From: Acidobacteriota bacterium
Lineage (GTDB): Bacteria; Acidobacteriota; UBA890; WLXD01
Direction: 5' to 3'
NCBI GenBank assembly: GCA_963666215.2
Contig: CAXWPL010000004.1
Coordinates: 800,001 to 864,000, forward strand
Length of the DNA: 64,000 nucleotides
Within the stretch, counting starts at the first letter, position 1. Every line of letters begins with the position of its first letter. The notes beneath the pieces were generated by a model, which worked only from the letters and a program-made list of their open reading frames with translations, did not search any database and had not been told where the DNA came from. A program made the translations under genes and the position numbers. Positions 1-9,599 of the stretch are shown here, piece by piece.

Positions 1-183
1 ACCGCCGCCGCCGCCGCCACCACCGCCGCAGGCGATCGGCAGGGCGAGTAGCGCCAGCACAGCGGCACGGCCGAGCGTCGCTCGGTCAGCGAGCGTGCGC
101 CAAGAAGCCTTCGGGCGCGACGTTTCACGAGCGAGCCGCGCAATCGCGAACCAGCCGTGGTCAGGTTTCGAGCCTCGAGCCAT
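1..183 (-). CDS. Lipoprotein, N-terminal part (runs off the window edge)
   Basis: Not in the ORF track. GGAGG then ATG at 183 gives MARGSKPDHGW...RAAVLALLALPIA-C-GGGGGGGGG, i.e. a hydrophobic signal, a lipobox Cys and a poly-Gly linker. Confidence 0.7.
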   Translation of the reverse strand, partial: MARGSKPDHGWFAIARLARETSRPKASWRTLADRATLGRAAVLALLALPIACGGGGGGGGG

Positions 184-400
184 TGGACGCCTCCGGAGGT
201 TCGTGTTTGTTTCTTCAGGCCTGAGCTTTGGTACAACGCTAGGTCCCGCCGCTACGCGATATCAGTGGACGGCGAGCTCGTAGCCTACCTTCAGGATGAG
301 CGCGCGGTCGTGCAGCGACGGACCTCCTACAACGAGCTCCCGCCCGGTATTGCGGCTCGGCTCTCTCAATAGACGCCACGCCGCTCTCCGCCCGCGCCGG

Positions 401-2206
401 CTAGCTCGCAGTCAACGGCCAGAGCTGCGGCAACAGCAACGTTGCCAGGAGCCAGAACAGCAGGTTCAGCGGCAGGCCCACCCTCATGTAGTCGGCGAAG
501 CGGTAGCCGCCGGGGCCGTAGACCATCAGGTTGGTGTGGTAGCCGAAGGGCGTGCTCATTGACGACGACGCGGCGAACGCCACAGCCATCAGGAGGGTCA
601 CCGGGTTGACGCCGAGATCGTGGGCCGTGGCGATGGCGATCGGAACGAGCAGTACCACAGCGGCGTGGTGCGACATGATCGAGGCGAAGACGGTGGCGAG
701 CAGGTAGAACGCCGAGACGAGGGCCACGGGACCGTAGGCGCCGGTGGCGTTCAGTACCCCTCTGGCCACGAGCTCCGCGGTGCCGCTGTTCTCGATGGCG
801 ATGCCGAGCGGGATGACGCCAGCCAGCAGGAGGATCACCGACCAGTCGATGGCGTCGTAGGCCTCCTGCGGGGTGATACAACCGGCGGTGAACATCAAGA
901 CGCAGCCGAGCAATGACGCCGCAAGGATGGGCATGGCGCCGGACGCCGCCATGACGACGACGAAAGCGAGAATCATCAGGGCGTAGGTGCCCTTGCCGCT
1001 GCGAAGCTCGGGAAGATCCACTTGACGCAGGCCGAGGAAATCGGAGCTGTGGATCAGGCTGTCGATGGCTTCGCGGCGCCCTTGGAGCAAGAGAGTGTCG
1101 CCGACGCTCAGAATGATGTCGCCGACGCGCTCGCGGATCGTTTGGTCGTGCTGACGGATGGCGAGGGCGAACACGCCGTGCTGGCGGCGGAAATCCACCT
1201 CCGCCAGCGTGCTGCCGACGAGCGACGAGCCCGGTGCGATGATCGCCTCGGCGAGCGTTGTTTCCTCGCTCGACAGATCGCGGTCGGCGTACTTTTCGCG
1301 CGGCCGGATTGTCAGCCCTTCGGAATGGGTCATGCTCAAGATCTCCTCGAGCTTGCCCTTGACGAGCAGGAGAGCTCCTGCCTGCAACTCGACGTCATGG
1401 ATCGCGCTCGAGTGCCGTACTTCGCCGTGCCAGATCTCGACCACCGCGACGCCGTAACGCTCGCCCACATGGGCGCTCGCGAGCGTCTCGCCCACGAAGT
1501 GCGAGTCGTCCCCAACCTCCAGCGTCGTCAGATAGCCACCGAGGTCGTACTTGCCGGTCAAGCTGTCGGCCGACTGCCGCTCGGGAAGAAGGCGTCGCGC
1601 GGCGACGAAGAGGTAGGGCACTCCGATGAGAAAAAAGACGCCCCCGAGCTTGGCGAACTCGAACATCGACAACGCGCGGATGCCGCGATCGGCAGCCATC
1701 GAGTTGACCAGGATGTTCGTCGAAGTGCCAATGAGGGTGCAGGTGCCACCGACGATCGAGGCGAACGAGATCGGAATCAACAACCGCGACGGACTGATGC
1801 CCGTTTTCTTGCAGATCGTCAGCGTGATCGGCAAGAACACCGCGACCGCCGCGGTGTTGTTGATGAACGCCGAGATGATGCCCACCGTGAGCAGCAGAGC
1901 GATGAAGATCGTCGCTTCGCCGCCGCTACCCAGGCGGCGCAGCATCAGCGAGCTCACCGCTCCCACGATGCCCGTCCTGAAAAGGCCGGCGCTCAGAACG
2001 AACATCGCGGCGATCGTCACCGTGGCGGTGTTGCTGAACCCCGAGAGCGCCTCCTCAATGCTCAGGAAGCCTGGTCGGAAGAGGCCGATGACCAGCAGGA
2101 CGGTGAGGATCGAAACCGAGACGACGTCGTAGCGGATCTTCTCGGTGACGAAAAGGACAAGCGCGACAAGGACGATCGAGCAAACCAGTAGCGTGTCGAC
2201 GCTCAT
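401..2206 (-). CDS. SLC13/DASS-family permease with TrkA-C (RCK_C) domains
   Basis: Motifs SAFINNTAAVA, GGTCTLIGTSTN and TPFGYHTNLMVYGPGGY, with a central soluble TrkA-C pair. The likely start is MSVDTLL (2206), not the ORF-track start at 2365. Confidence 0.9.
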   Translation of the reverse strand: MSVDTLLVCSIVLVALVLFVTEKIRYDVVSVSILTVLLVIGLFRPGFLSIEEALSGFSNTATVTIAAMFVLSAGLFRTGIVGAVSSLMLRRLGSGGEATIFIALLLTVGIISAFINNTAAVAVFLPITLTICKKTGISPSRLLIPISFASIVGGTCTLIGTSTNILVNSMAADRGIRALSMFEFAKLGGVFFLIGVPYLFVAARRLLPERQSADSLTGKYDLGGYLTTLEVGDDSHFVGETLASAHVGERYGVAVVEIWHGEVRHSSAIHDVELQAGALLLVKGKLEEILSMTHSEGLTIRPREKYADRDLSSEETTLAEAIIAPGSSLVGSTLAEVDFRRQHGVFALAIRQHDQTIRERVGDIILSVGDTLLLQGRREAIDSLIHSSDFLGLRQVDLPELRSGKGTYALMILAFVVVMAASGAMPILAASLLGCVLMFTAGCITPQEAYDAIDWSVILLLAGVIPLGIAIENSGTAELVARGVLNATGAYGPVALVSAFYLLATVFASIMSHHAAVVLLVPIAIATAHDLGVNPVTLLMAVAFAASSSMSTPFGYHTNLMVYGPGGYRFADYMRVGLPLNLLFWLLATLLLPQLWPLTAS

Positions 2207-2345
2207 GTGGGCGCTCTCTTTGATCAAGCGGGCGTTGCGCTCGGACAAGCGCCCCCGGGCGGGCCGATTGCCGAGTCGATGGACCGCAGGACGGTAGCAT
2301 CCGACGCGGGACGAACGCGATCGGGGCGCTAGCTGGCGGTATCGA

Positions 2346-2540
2346 TCATGCGAACCCGAAGCCACTCAGAACGCTCGAGAAGATCGCCAGGCCGGTCACC
2401 CAGAAGCCGAGCTGGCGACCGGCGACGAAGAAGTCGCGCGACGAATGGGTGCGACGCATGGCCCACAGCCCGACGCCGATGCACAGGAGCAGGTAGATCA
2501 ACACGCAGCCGAGGATGATCGGGTAGCGGTATGTCTCCAT
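2346..2540 (-). pseudogene. Truncated sodium:solute symporter (SSS/PutP-like), N-terminus only
   Basis: YLLLCIGVGLWAMRRTHSSRDFFVAGRQLGFWVTGLAIFSSVLSGFGF is a typical SSS N-terminus, but it stops after 64 aa (family members are about 450-500 aa). Confidence 0.8.
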
Positions 2541-3047
2541 CAGCTGCCCTCGCCGTCATCGCTTGTGGTTGACCGCTTGGCCTCGACCAGGCTGTGGAAC
2601 TCCGCCTGATCCTGCTCCGTGTAGATCCACCGAGAAAAGCCATGCGCGTACAACAACCCGTACAGCGCCGGTAAGGGCCAGAGCACGTACAGCATCATTG
2701 CCGTGGACGGCGGTAGCGATAGCCAGAGCGGTTGCGCCGCGTCGCCGATCGAGGCGCGATACAGGCCAACGAGCAACGTCCAAGCGCCCAGGTAGAGGGC
2801 GGTAACGAGAATCACGGCCGCCGAACGCCATCAGGGTGGAGAACAGCAGCACGAGCAACAGTCCGAATACCCAGGCGTAGGCCATGACGGGCCCGTGGCG
2901 CGTCGCAGCGGGGCCACCCTGGCGCATGGCCGCGTGGTCGGGGTGGATGATCCCCGTGGCGTTGTCGGCGGCAGGCACGAAGAGCCCGAGCCAGACCAGC
3001 ACCACAACAATCGCCAGGCACCAGGCGAAGAGGATCTTGTCGAGCAA
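2540..3047 (-). pseudogene. Small multi-TM membrane protein, frameshifted near 2815
   Basis: The hydrophobic frame LLDKILFAWCLAIVVV...FSTLMAFGG continues in another frame as VILVTALYLGAW...LYVLWPLPALYGLLY. Its stop overlaps the SSS start codon. Confidence 0.6.
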
Positions 3048-3058
3048 GGAGCGGCCCT

Positions 3059-4486
3059 TCAGTTGCGGCCCACCATTGCGGCCAGCTCGTTGGCCGTACG
3101 CGGCAGACCCGAGGACAGCAGCTCGGCGCCGTCCGCCGTCACCAGCACGACATCCTCGGTGAACACCGCGATCTGCTCGTCGTGGTTGTAGTACCAGGGC
3201 TCGACGGTGAACACCATGCCGGGCTCGAGTCGGGCGGTGCCGCTTGAAGGGTCGCCGCTCGACAGACCGATGTGGTGGCCGAAGAACAGCCCGGCCTGCA
3301 TGTACTTGCGGTGCTCGGCAGGGATCGTCGCCTCGCCGATGCGTTGCAGCTCGGGCAGCGTGGTGCCCGGGCGAATCGCCGCGATGATGGCGTTGGCGGC
3401 GCCGATTTCCATGGTCAGGATCTCCTCCTGGCGCGGCGTGAAGGCGCCGCTCACGGGAAACGTCCGGCCGATGTCGCTGATGTAGCCGTTGATCTCGCAG
3501 CCAACATCGAGGATCACCAGGTCGCCGGCCTCCATGGAGCGATTGCGACGGTTGTAGTGTGCCGCCAGGAGGCGCCATGGCCACAGAGAGTTGGGGCCCG
3601 ACTTGACGATCGGCGTGAACGGAATCCGCTGCGCGCCGCCGGCGCGGCAGCCGGCCTCGAACTCGCCTTGCAGAGTGCGCTCGTCGACGCCGGGGCGCAC
3701 GTGGCGGGCGGCGCGGCCGATCGCCGTCACCGTGAGCTTGGCTGCCGCGCGTAGTGCGTCGACTTCGGCGGCCGACTTGATCATCCGCAAAGCCGCGATT
3801 TCCGGATACGCGTTCAGCAGACGCGCATCGGGCTGGCGGCGCCGCAGGTAGTCAACGAATCCGTCGACCACAGGACGCCTGGCGATGGGCGCGGGTGCTC
3901 CCGCGGGAGCGGCGGCGCGCTCACCGACAACCGGTCCAGGTCGCTCCACGTTGACCCACAGCGTCGACCCTGCTGAAGTCCATTCGGCAAGCCTGGTGTC
4001 GAGCTCGTCGATGGAACGGATCGCATCAACGCCCGACCGCGGTAGCAGGTCCGCGTCGTCGATGAGCGCACGCCCCGGGAAATCGTTGGGGCGTGAGGCG
4101 CTCTCGAAACGTGCGTCGGTGACGGGCACGAACAGAGTCGCGCGGCCACCCTCGCCCGCTTCGATTGTCAGCACCGAGTCGGGCAGCTCGAGGCCTGTGA
4201 AGTAGAGAAAGTCGTCGAGCTGTCGGAAGGTCTCACCGTCCGACCGACCTTGCTGTGCCGGCGCCAGGTACACGCCGCTGCCGCCGGCCTCGGCCGCAGC
4301 GATACCGTTGGCGAGACGGTGCCGCCGCGCGCTGTGCTCCGCCTCGTCGAACTGCAACTTGCTCCAGTCGAAGAACGGCTGCGGCGGTGTTGTTGCTGTT
4401 TGTGCGTGCACAACGCTCGCCGCCGCCAAGACGAGCACGGCCGCGAGTCGAGCCCGACCCCCTAGAGCCGAAGCCGAGAGCGACAA
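3059..4486 (-). CDS. Secreted Xaa-Pro aminopeptidase (M24B)
   Basis: Signal peptide; FRQLDDFLYFTG, LRMIKSAAE, DVGCEINGYISDIGRT, GHHIGL, TVEP and EDVVLVT metal-ligand motifs. Confidence 0.9.
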   Translation of the reverse strand: MSLSASALGGRARLAAVLVLAAASVVHAQTATTPPQPFFDWSKLQFDEAEHSARRHRLANGIAAAEAGGSGVYLAPAQQGRSDGETFRQLDDFLYFTGLELPDSVLTIEAGEGGRATLFVPVTDARFESASRPNDFPGRALIDDADLLPRSGVDAIRSIDELDTRLAEWTSAGSTLWVNVERPGPVVGERAAAPAGAPAPIARRPVVDGFVDYLRRRQPDARLLNAYPEIAALRMIKSAAEVDALRAAAKLTVTAIGRAARHVRPGVDERTLQGEFEAGCRAGGAQRIPFTPIVKSGPNSLWPWRLLAAHYNRRNRSMEAGDLVILDVGCEINGYISDIGRTFPVSGAFTPRQEEILTMEIGAANAIIAAIRPGTTLPELQRIGEATIPAEHRKYMQAGLFFGHHIGLSSGDPSSGTARLEPGMVFTVEPWYYNHDEQIAVFTEDVVLVTADGAELLSSGLPRTANELAAMVGRN

Positions 4487-4495
4487 GCTAGAGGA

Positions 4496-5914
4496 TCACC
4501 GGCGCTCGGAGCCGGCGCCGCTGCTGTTGCTCGCGACGGACTCGAGGTAATCGAACAGCACGTTCGACATCACTCGCATGCCGATCGGTACCGAGGCATC
4601 GTCGGCCTGGAAAGTCGGCGTGTGGTGGCCACCCGAAGTGGTGCCAGCCTTTACCGTCCCCAGCCGGAAGTAGAAGCCGGGCACCTCGTTGGCGAAGATC
4701 GCGAAGTCCTCGCCGCCCATTGTCGGCGGGATCTCGATCGTGTTGTCGCCGCCGATCACACGCCGGATCGTTGGCACCATGGCGTTCGTCAGCTCGGGAT
4801 TGTTGATCGTTGCGGGAGTCACACGGTCGTAGTCGAGCTCGTAGGTGCCGCCGTACGCCTGCGTGAGGCCGTCGAGAAGCTCCGCCATGCGCACTTCGAT
4901 CTTGTCGCGTGCTTCCGCGCTGTAGGTCCTGACGGTTCCCTCGAGGTGAACCTCGGCGGGGATGATGTTGAAGCGCTGCCCGCCCTGGATGATGCCAACG
5001 GTCACCACGCTCGGTTCCAGCGGGTCGAGGTTGCGGGAGCGGATCGTCTGCAGAGCGAGAACGGTCTCCGAGGCGATCACCACCGGGTCGACCGAGAGGT
5101 GCGGGGCCGCGCCGTGCGCCTGGGTGCCGCGGATGTCGATGCTGAAGTGATCCACGGCCGCGAACGCCGGTCCCACCGTGTATCCAACGGTGCCAACCTC
5201 CATCTCCGAAAAGGAGTGCAGCCCGAAGATCGCCGCTGGTCGCGGGTTGTCGAGCGTTCCCTCGGCGAGCATCAGCTCGGCGCCGCCAACTTCTCCTTCT
5301 GGCGGGCCTTCCTCAGCAGGTTGAAAGATGAACTTCACCGTGCCCGGCAGCAGCTCGCGCATCCCCGCCAGAACCGACGCCACCCCAAGCTGTACGGCCG
5401 TATGAATGTCGTGGCCGCACGCATGCATGACGCCGACTTCCTGGCCGAGCCAGGCTATGCGCACGTTCGACTTGAACTCGTACGGCGTGTCCTCAGTGAC
5501 GGGCAACGCGTCCATATCGGCACGAACCGCCACCACCGGTCCGGGGCGTCCGCCCTTCAGGATTCCGATCACGCCGGTGTGCGCGATGCCCGTTTGCACG
5601 TCGATGCCAAGGTTGGTGAGGTGATCGGCAACCATCTTGGCGGTTTCGAACTCGCGGTTGCCGAGCTCGGGGTTCTGATGAATGCGATGGCGCAGCTCGA
5701 GGATCGCGGCGCTGTGGTTTGCCACGGCAGTGGCAATGGCGTCGGATCGCGACTGCGATTGCAGCGACGCGACCGGCGAGGCGAATGAGGCGGTGGTCAC
5801 AATGCCGCTCGCGGCGAACACGCAGGCAAGGGCCGCGAGGCGCAGGCTCGTGGCCTGCCCAAGCGAGCTGCACGGCCCGCGAAAAGCACTCGGCGACGTT
5901 GGAACGGTTGGCAT
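4496..5914 (-). CDS. M20D-family amidohydrolase/carboxypeptidase with signal peptide
   Basis: HQNPELGNREFET, RADMDALP, MHACGHD, FQPAEEG and GGEDF motifs. The ORF-track start (6013) lies inside the tRNA, so the start was moved to ATG 5914. Confidence 0.88.
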   Translation of the reverse strand: MPTVPTSPSAFRGPCSSLGQATSLRLAALACVFAASGIVTTASFASPVASLQSQSRSDAIATAVANHSAAILELRHRIHQNPELGNREFETAKMVADHLTNLGIDVQTGIAHTGVIGILKGGRPGPVVAVRADMDALPVTEDTPYEFKSNVRIAWLGQEVGVMHACGHDIHTAVQLGVASVLAGMRELLPGTVKFIFQPAEEGPPEGEVGGAELMLAEGTLDNPRPAAIFGLHSFSEMEVGTVGYTVGPAFAAVDHFSIDIRGTQAHGAAPHLSVDPVVIASETVLALQTIRSRNLDPLEPSVVTVGIIQGGQRFNIIPAEVHLEGTVRTYSAEARDKIEVRMAELLDGLTQAYGGTYELDYDRVTPATINNPELTNAMVPTIRRVIGGDNTIEIPPTMGGEDFAIFANEVPGFYFRLGTVKAGTTSGGHHTPTFQADDASVPIGMRVMSNVLFDYLESVASNSSGAGSERR

Positions 5915-5986
5915 GGGTACGGATCCCGGGTGGGCTCGCCGTCCGGAGTAAGCAGACAAGAATCGGCTAGCGGGCAAGAAAAAAGG

Positions 5987-6059
5987 CTCCTGAGGCTGGA
6001 CTCGAACCAGCAACCCTCCGGTTAACAGCCGGATGCTCTGCCAATTGAGCTACTCAGGA
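5987..6059 (-). tRNA. tRNA-Asn (GTT)
   Basis: Reverse complement TCCTGAGTAGCTCAATTGGCAGAGCATCCGGCTGTTAACCGGAGGGTTGCTGGTTCGAGTCCAGCCTCAGGAG folds as a cloverleaf with a GTT anticodon. CCA is not fully encoded (CCT). Confidence 0.97.
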
Positions 6060-6171
6060 ACCGGGTGTTACACCGGTTGGCTTGGCAGTTCAACCGGCGG
6101 AAAAAGAGGTTAGCACCGGGTCCTTGGGCGGACAAATATCTTTTGCGGCGCGGTTTGGCGGCAAGACGCGG

Positions 6172-6774
6172 TCAGATTTCGCGTCGTCCCTCGAGCGCGC
6201 GGCCCATGGTGACCTCATCGGCATACTCTAGATCGCCGCCAATCGGTATGCCCGCAGCGATGCGCGAGACTTTTGTGCCGGTGGCCGCAAGCAGTCGCGC
6301 GATATAAGCGGCGGTGGCCTCCCCCTCAACCGTCGGGTTGGTGGCGATGATCACCTCGGTGACCTGGTCGCGAGTGACGCGCTCCAGTACCTCGTCGAGG
6401 TGCAGCTCGGCGGGGCCGATTCCGTCGAGCGGCGACAGCACGCCTCCGAGCACGTGGTATTTGCCGCGGTAGCGACGCGTGCGTTCGATGGCGGCGAGGT
6501 CGTGGCCTTCCTCCACAACACACAGCATTGCGGCGTCACGCCCGGCGTCGCTACACAGCGCGCAGGGATCGCGATCGGTGAGGTTGTTGCAGATGCCGCA
6601 GGGCTTGATTGCGGCGCGCACGTCGCGGATCGCGTCCGCAAGCCCCTCGGCCTCTTCGCGAGGCGTCTTGAGCAAATAGAAGGTCAAACGCTGCGCTGTC
6701 TTGCGGCCGATCGTCGGCAGCCTCATCAGCCGCTCCACCAGATCGGCTACCGGCGCAGATTCTTCGTATGACAT
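6172..6774 (-). CDS. recR: Recombination mediator RecR
   Basis: LPTIGRKTAQRL HhH, C4 zinc finger, YHVLGGVLSPLDG and ATNPTVEGEATA Toprim motifs. Confidence 0.98.
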   Translation of the reverse strand: MSYEESAPVADLVERLMRLPTIGRKTAQRLTFYLLKTPREEAEGLADAIRDVRAAIKPCGICNNLTDRDPCALCSDAGRDAAMLCVVEEGHDLAAIERTRRYRGKYHVLGGVLSPLDGIGPAELHLDEVLERVTRDQVTEVIIATNPTVEGEATAAYIARLLAATGTKVSRIAAGIPIGGDLEYADEVTMGRALEGRREI

Positions 6775-6812
6775 GAGGTTTCCACACCTGCCGGGTTCCC
6801 GGCGTTGGCCGC

Positions 6813-7127
6813 CTAGCCGCCCAGCAAGCCGGCAAGTCCGCCCATACCGCCGGGCATCATTGAGCCGACCTTCTGTTGCACGGTCTCGTCGACGCTTCGG
6901 GCGGCCTCGTTGATCGCCGCCACAATTAGATCCTGGAGCATTTCGACGTCTTCGACGTCGACAACTTGTGGGTCGAGCTCCAGACTCACAAGCTGCTTGG
7001 AGCCGTCCATCGTCGCGGTCACCATGCCACCACCCGCCCCTGCCGAGATGCGCAGATCCGCGAGCTCGGCTTGCAATTCCTCCTGCATGCGCTGAGCGTC
7101 CTGCATCATTTTCTTGACGTTGAGCAT
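6813..7127 (-). CDS. ybaB: YbaB/EbfC nucleoid-associated protein
   Basis: MMQDAQRMQ...AGGGMVTAT...DVEMLQDLIVAAINEA; lies between dnaX and recR. Confidence 0.96.
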   Translation of the reverse strand: MLNVKKMMQDAQRMQEELQAELADLRISAGAGGGMVTATMDGSKQLVSLELDPQVVDVEDVEMLQDLIVAAINEAARSVDETVQQKVGSMMPGGMGGLAGLLGG

Positions 7128-7182
7128 CGCTTCTCCTGGCCCTGGTCGCCTTGCTGTCGAGATCGAGCAGGCCGCCGATGGA

Positions 7183-9276
7183 CTATTCGGTGGGCCGCGC
7201 CTCGTCGACGCGACTGATCTTACCTTTCACCGCCTCGACGAGCTCCTGGACAAAGGGCTCGTTCATCGCCCGCGCAAACAAGTCAACTTGAGCGGCCGAC
7301 TGCGGCTCCGAATCGGGGGCGGCGGTGGAAGCTGCCGCGCCGGCAGCTGCGGGGAGCGACGCAGCGCTCGGCGGTGGTTCGTCGGGCTCGTGCGTATGTG
7401 GCGGAGGCTCCTCGACGTTCGGCATCTCGCTTGCGGTCCCGCCGGCTTCTTCGATCGGTCCGGTCCCTGTGGTCGACATCCCCGCCGGCGGTGTTGATAC
7501 GGCTACCAGAGCTGGCCGCGGGGCTGCTGCTCCGGGCCGAGCCCGCGCACCGTTGGTTGCGGCAGGTACGACCGATGCGCCTTCGACCAACCGAATTCGG
7601 GCCACCGCTCGGCGTCCGAGGATGTCGCTGCTGATGCTCGACAGCAGCTGCAGCACGCCGGGCTCATTGATCTGATCGCTGAAGAAGGCGCCTTGCTTTC
7701 CAAACAGGAAGACAACGGCCTCGGCGGCGAGCTCGATCCCGACGGCGCGGTTCAATGCCCGAGCGATCATTGGGCGCTCTTCGTGCAGTGTGTCCTGGAT
7801 CCGCGCCAGCAGGCTGGTCTCCGGAAGGTGGCTCGGAACCTCGACCACGTCGGTCTCGATTGGCTCGGCAGTGGCCGGAGCTGCCGCCGTTGCGTTCGGA
7901 GGAGGCGGTGAGCTCGCCGGTTGAGTTACCGCGGCCGCGATGTCGGTCGCCGGCGTCGGAGTGGCCACCGCCGCCGCGACGTCGGTTGTCGGCGTCGGAG
8001 TGGCCACCGCAGGCGGGATGTCGGTTGCCGGCGTTGGAGTGGCCACCGCCGGACGCATGGCGTTGCCGGTGGGTGGGGCGCTTCTGGGCTGACCGCCGCC
8101 CGCCACTGGCGTCGCCGAAGGCGTGCCGTCGCCGCCGCCGCGGAGCTCGGCCAGCAGGCGCTCGATGGGTTCGAGCCGCGGAAGTCGCGCCAGCCGCGCC
8201 AGAGCAATCTCCACGTGGTAGCGCGGCCGGTTCGACATCTTGATGCGGTACTCGTTCGCGGCCAGCAGCGAGAACGCACGGTCCAGATCAGCGATCTCGA
8301 AATTCGCGGCCTGTTGCCGCAGCCTTTCCATGTCGCCCTCGGGCAGGTGGAGCAACTCGCCGGCGTTCTCGACGGTGTGCACCACGAGCAGGTTGCGGAT
8401 GTGGCCCATGAGCTCGACGGTAAATCGGTGCAGGTCGACTCCCTGCTCCATCATCTCGTTCACCAGCATCAGAAGGCCTGCAACGTCGCCAGCCGCTACG
8501 AGGTCGGTGGCGCGGTACACGAGCACGCGGTCCACGAGCCCCAACAGCGTGACAACGGTTTCCTCGTCGATCGATTCCCCGGCGAACGCGATCAGCTTGT
8601 CGAGAAGGCTGAGGCTGTCGCGCAGGCTGCCGTCCGCTGCTTCTGCAAGCAGCGCCAGGCTCGCCGCCGAGACGCTGAGCATTTCAGCCTCGGCAACGCG
8701 CGCCAGGTGCTCGCTGATGTCGCGCTGGCTGACGCGCGAAAACGGGTAGTGCTGACAGCGCGACAAGACTGTCGGCAGGATCTTGTTCGGCTCGGTCGTG
8801 GCGAGCATGAAGACGACGTGAGGAGGCGGCTCCTCGAGTGTCTTGAGCAGCGCGTTGAAGGCGCTCGTGGAGAGCATGTGCGCCTCGTCGATGATGAACA
8901 CGCGGTAGCGATCGCGCGAGGGCGCGTAGCGCGTGACCTCGGTGAGCTCGCGGATGTTGTCAACGCCGGTCTGTGAGGCCGCGTCGAGCTCGATGACGTC
9001 GAGGGCGCGGCTCTCGTCAATCTCGATGCACGACTCGCACACGCCGCACGGCTCGGCGCTGGCTTGTTCGCCAGCGCGGCAGTTCAATCCTTTGGCGAGC
9101 AGGCGCGCCGCCGTCGTCTTGCCGACGCCGCGAATTCCCGAGAAGCAGTAGGCGTGAGCGACGCGACCATCACGCAGCGCGTTCGTTAACGTGCGCACGA
9201 CCGCGCGCTGGCCAACCACGTCTTCGAATCGCCGTGGCCGCCACTTGCGGGCCAGAACCTGATAACCGATCGTCAT
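7183..9276 (-). CDS. dnaX: DNA polymerase III subunit gamma/tau
   Basis: YQVLARKWRP, GIRGVGKTT, zinc-binding Cys residues, IIDEAHML, NALLKTLEEPP and SRC motifs. Confidence 0.98.
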   Translation of the reverse strand: MTIGYQVLARKWRPRRFEDVVGQRAVVRTLTNALRDGRVAHAYCFSGIRGVGKTTAARLLAKGLNCRAGEQASAEPCGVCESCIEIDESRALDVIELDAASQTGVDNIRELTEVTRYAPSRDRYRVFIIDEAHMLSTSAFNALLKTLEEPPPHVVFMLATTEPNKILPTVLSRCQHYPFSRVSQRDISEHLARVAEAEMLSVSAASLALLAEAADGSLRDSLSLLDKLIAFAGESIDEETVVTLLGLVDRVLVYRATDLVAAGDVAGLLMLVNEMMEQGVDLHRFTVELMGHIRNLLVVHTVENAGELLHLPEGDMERLRQQAANFEIADLDRAFSLLAANEYRIKMSNRPRYHVEIALARLARLPRLEPIERLLAELRGGGDGTPSATPVAGGGQPRSAPPTGNAMRPAVATPTPATDIPPAVATPTPTTDVAAAVATPTPATDIAAAVTQPASSPPPPNATAAAPATAEPIETDVVEVPSHLPETSLLARIQDTLHEERPMIARALNRAVGIELAAEAVVFLFGKQGAFFSDQINEPGVLQLLSSISSDILGRRAVARIRLVEGASVVPAATNGARARPGAAAPRPALVAVSTPPAGMSTTGTGPIEEAGGTASEMPNVEEPPPHTHEPDEPPPSAASLPAAAGAAASTAAPDSEPQSAAQVDLFARAMNEPFVQELVEAVKGKISRVDEARPTE
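7933..8049 (-). repeat. Three 39-bp in-frame tandem repeats in the DnaX linker
   Basis: Encode AVATPTPATDIPP / AVATPTPTTDVAA / AVATPTPATDIAA. Confidence 0.85.
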
Positions 9277-9329
9277 ATACGGGTAAATATCGGAAATTAA
9301 GGGAAATGGGTCGAGCGAAGAGACGGGAC

Positions 9330-9431
9330 GAACACCGGGTGATCCTGCGGCACCTGCAGGCTCCCGTTTAGCGCTGCTCCCTTCCGGGTCTGACGCGGTT
9401 CACAGGGCTGCACCGCACAGGGCCCGGTGTC
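9330..9431 (-). ncRNA. ffs: Small signal recognition particle RNA (4.5S)
   Basis: The reverse complement contains TCAGACCCGGAAGGGAGCAGC (SRP helix 8) within a long hairpin closed by GACACCGGG/CCCGGTGTTC. It lies upstream of dnaX, a conserved position. Confidence 0.93.
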
Positions 9432-9439
9432 GCCCCGAA

Positions 9440-9531
<92 letters not shown>

Positions 9532-9599
9532 CCAAACAGTCGAGCGAGCATCCTAGCAGGCGGACAGGGGGCGAGAACGCCCTCTCCGTCTCAGTCTAG

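Noticed and set aside
157-372. 71-aa plus-strand ORF with a protein-like C-terminal part (YAISVDGELVAYLQDE...)
   Set aside because: Its start overlaps the lipoprotein gene start and SD on the other strand. It may be a gene remnant, but no family is recognisable.
7183-9276. Programmed frameshift producing the DnaX gamma subunit
   Set aside because: No A-AAA-AAG or long poly-A slippery site was seen in the coding strand.
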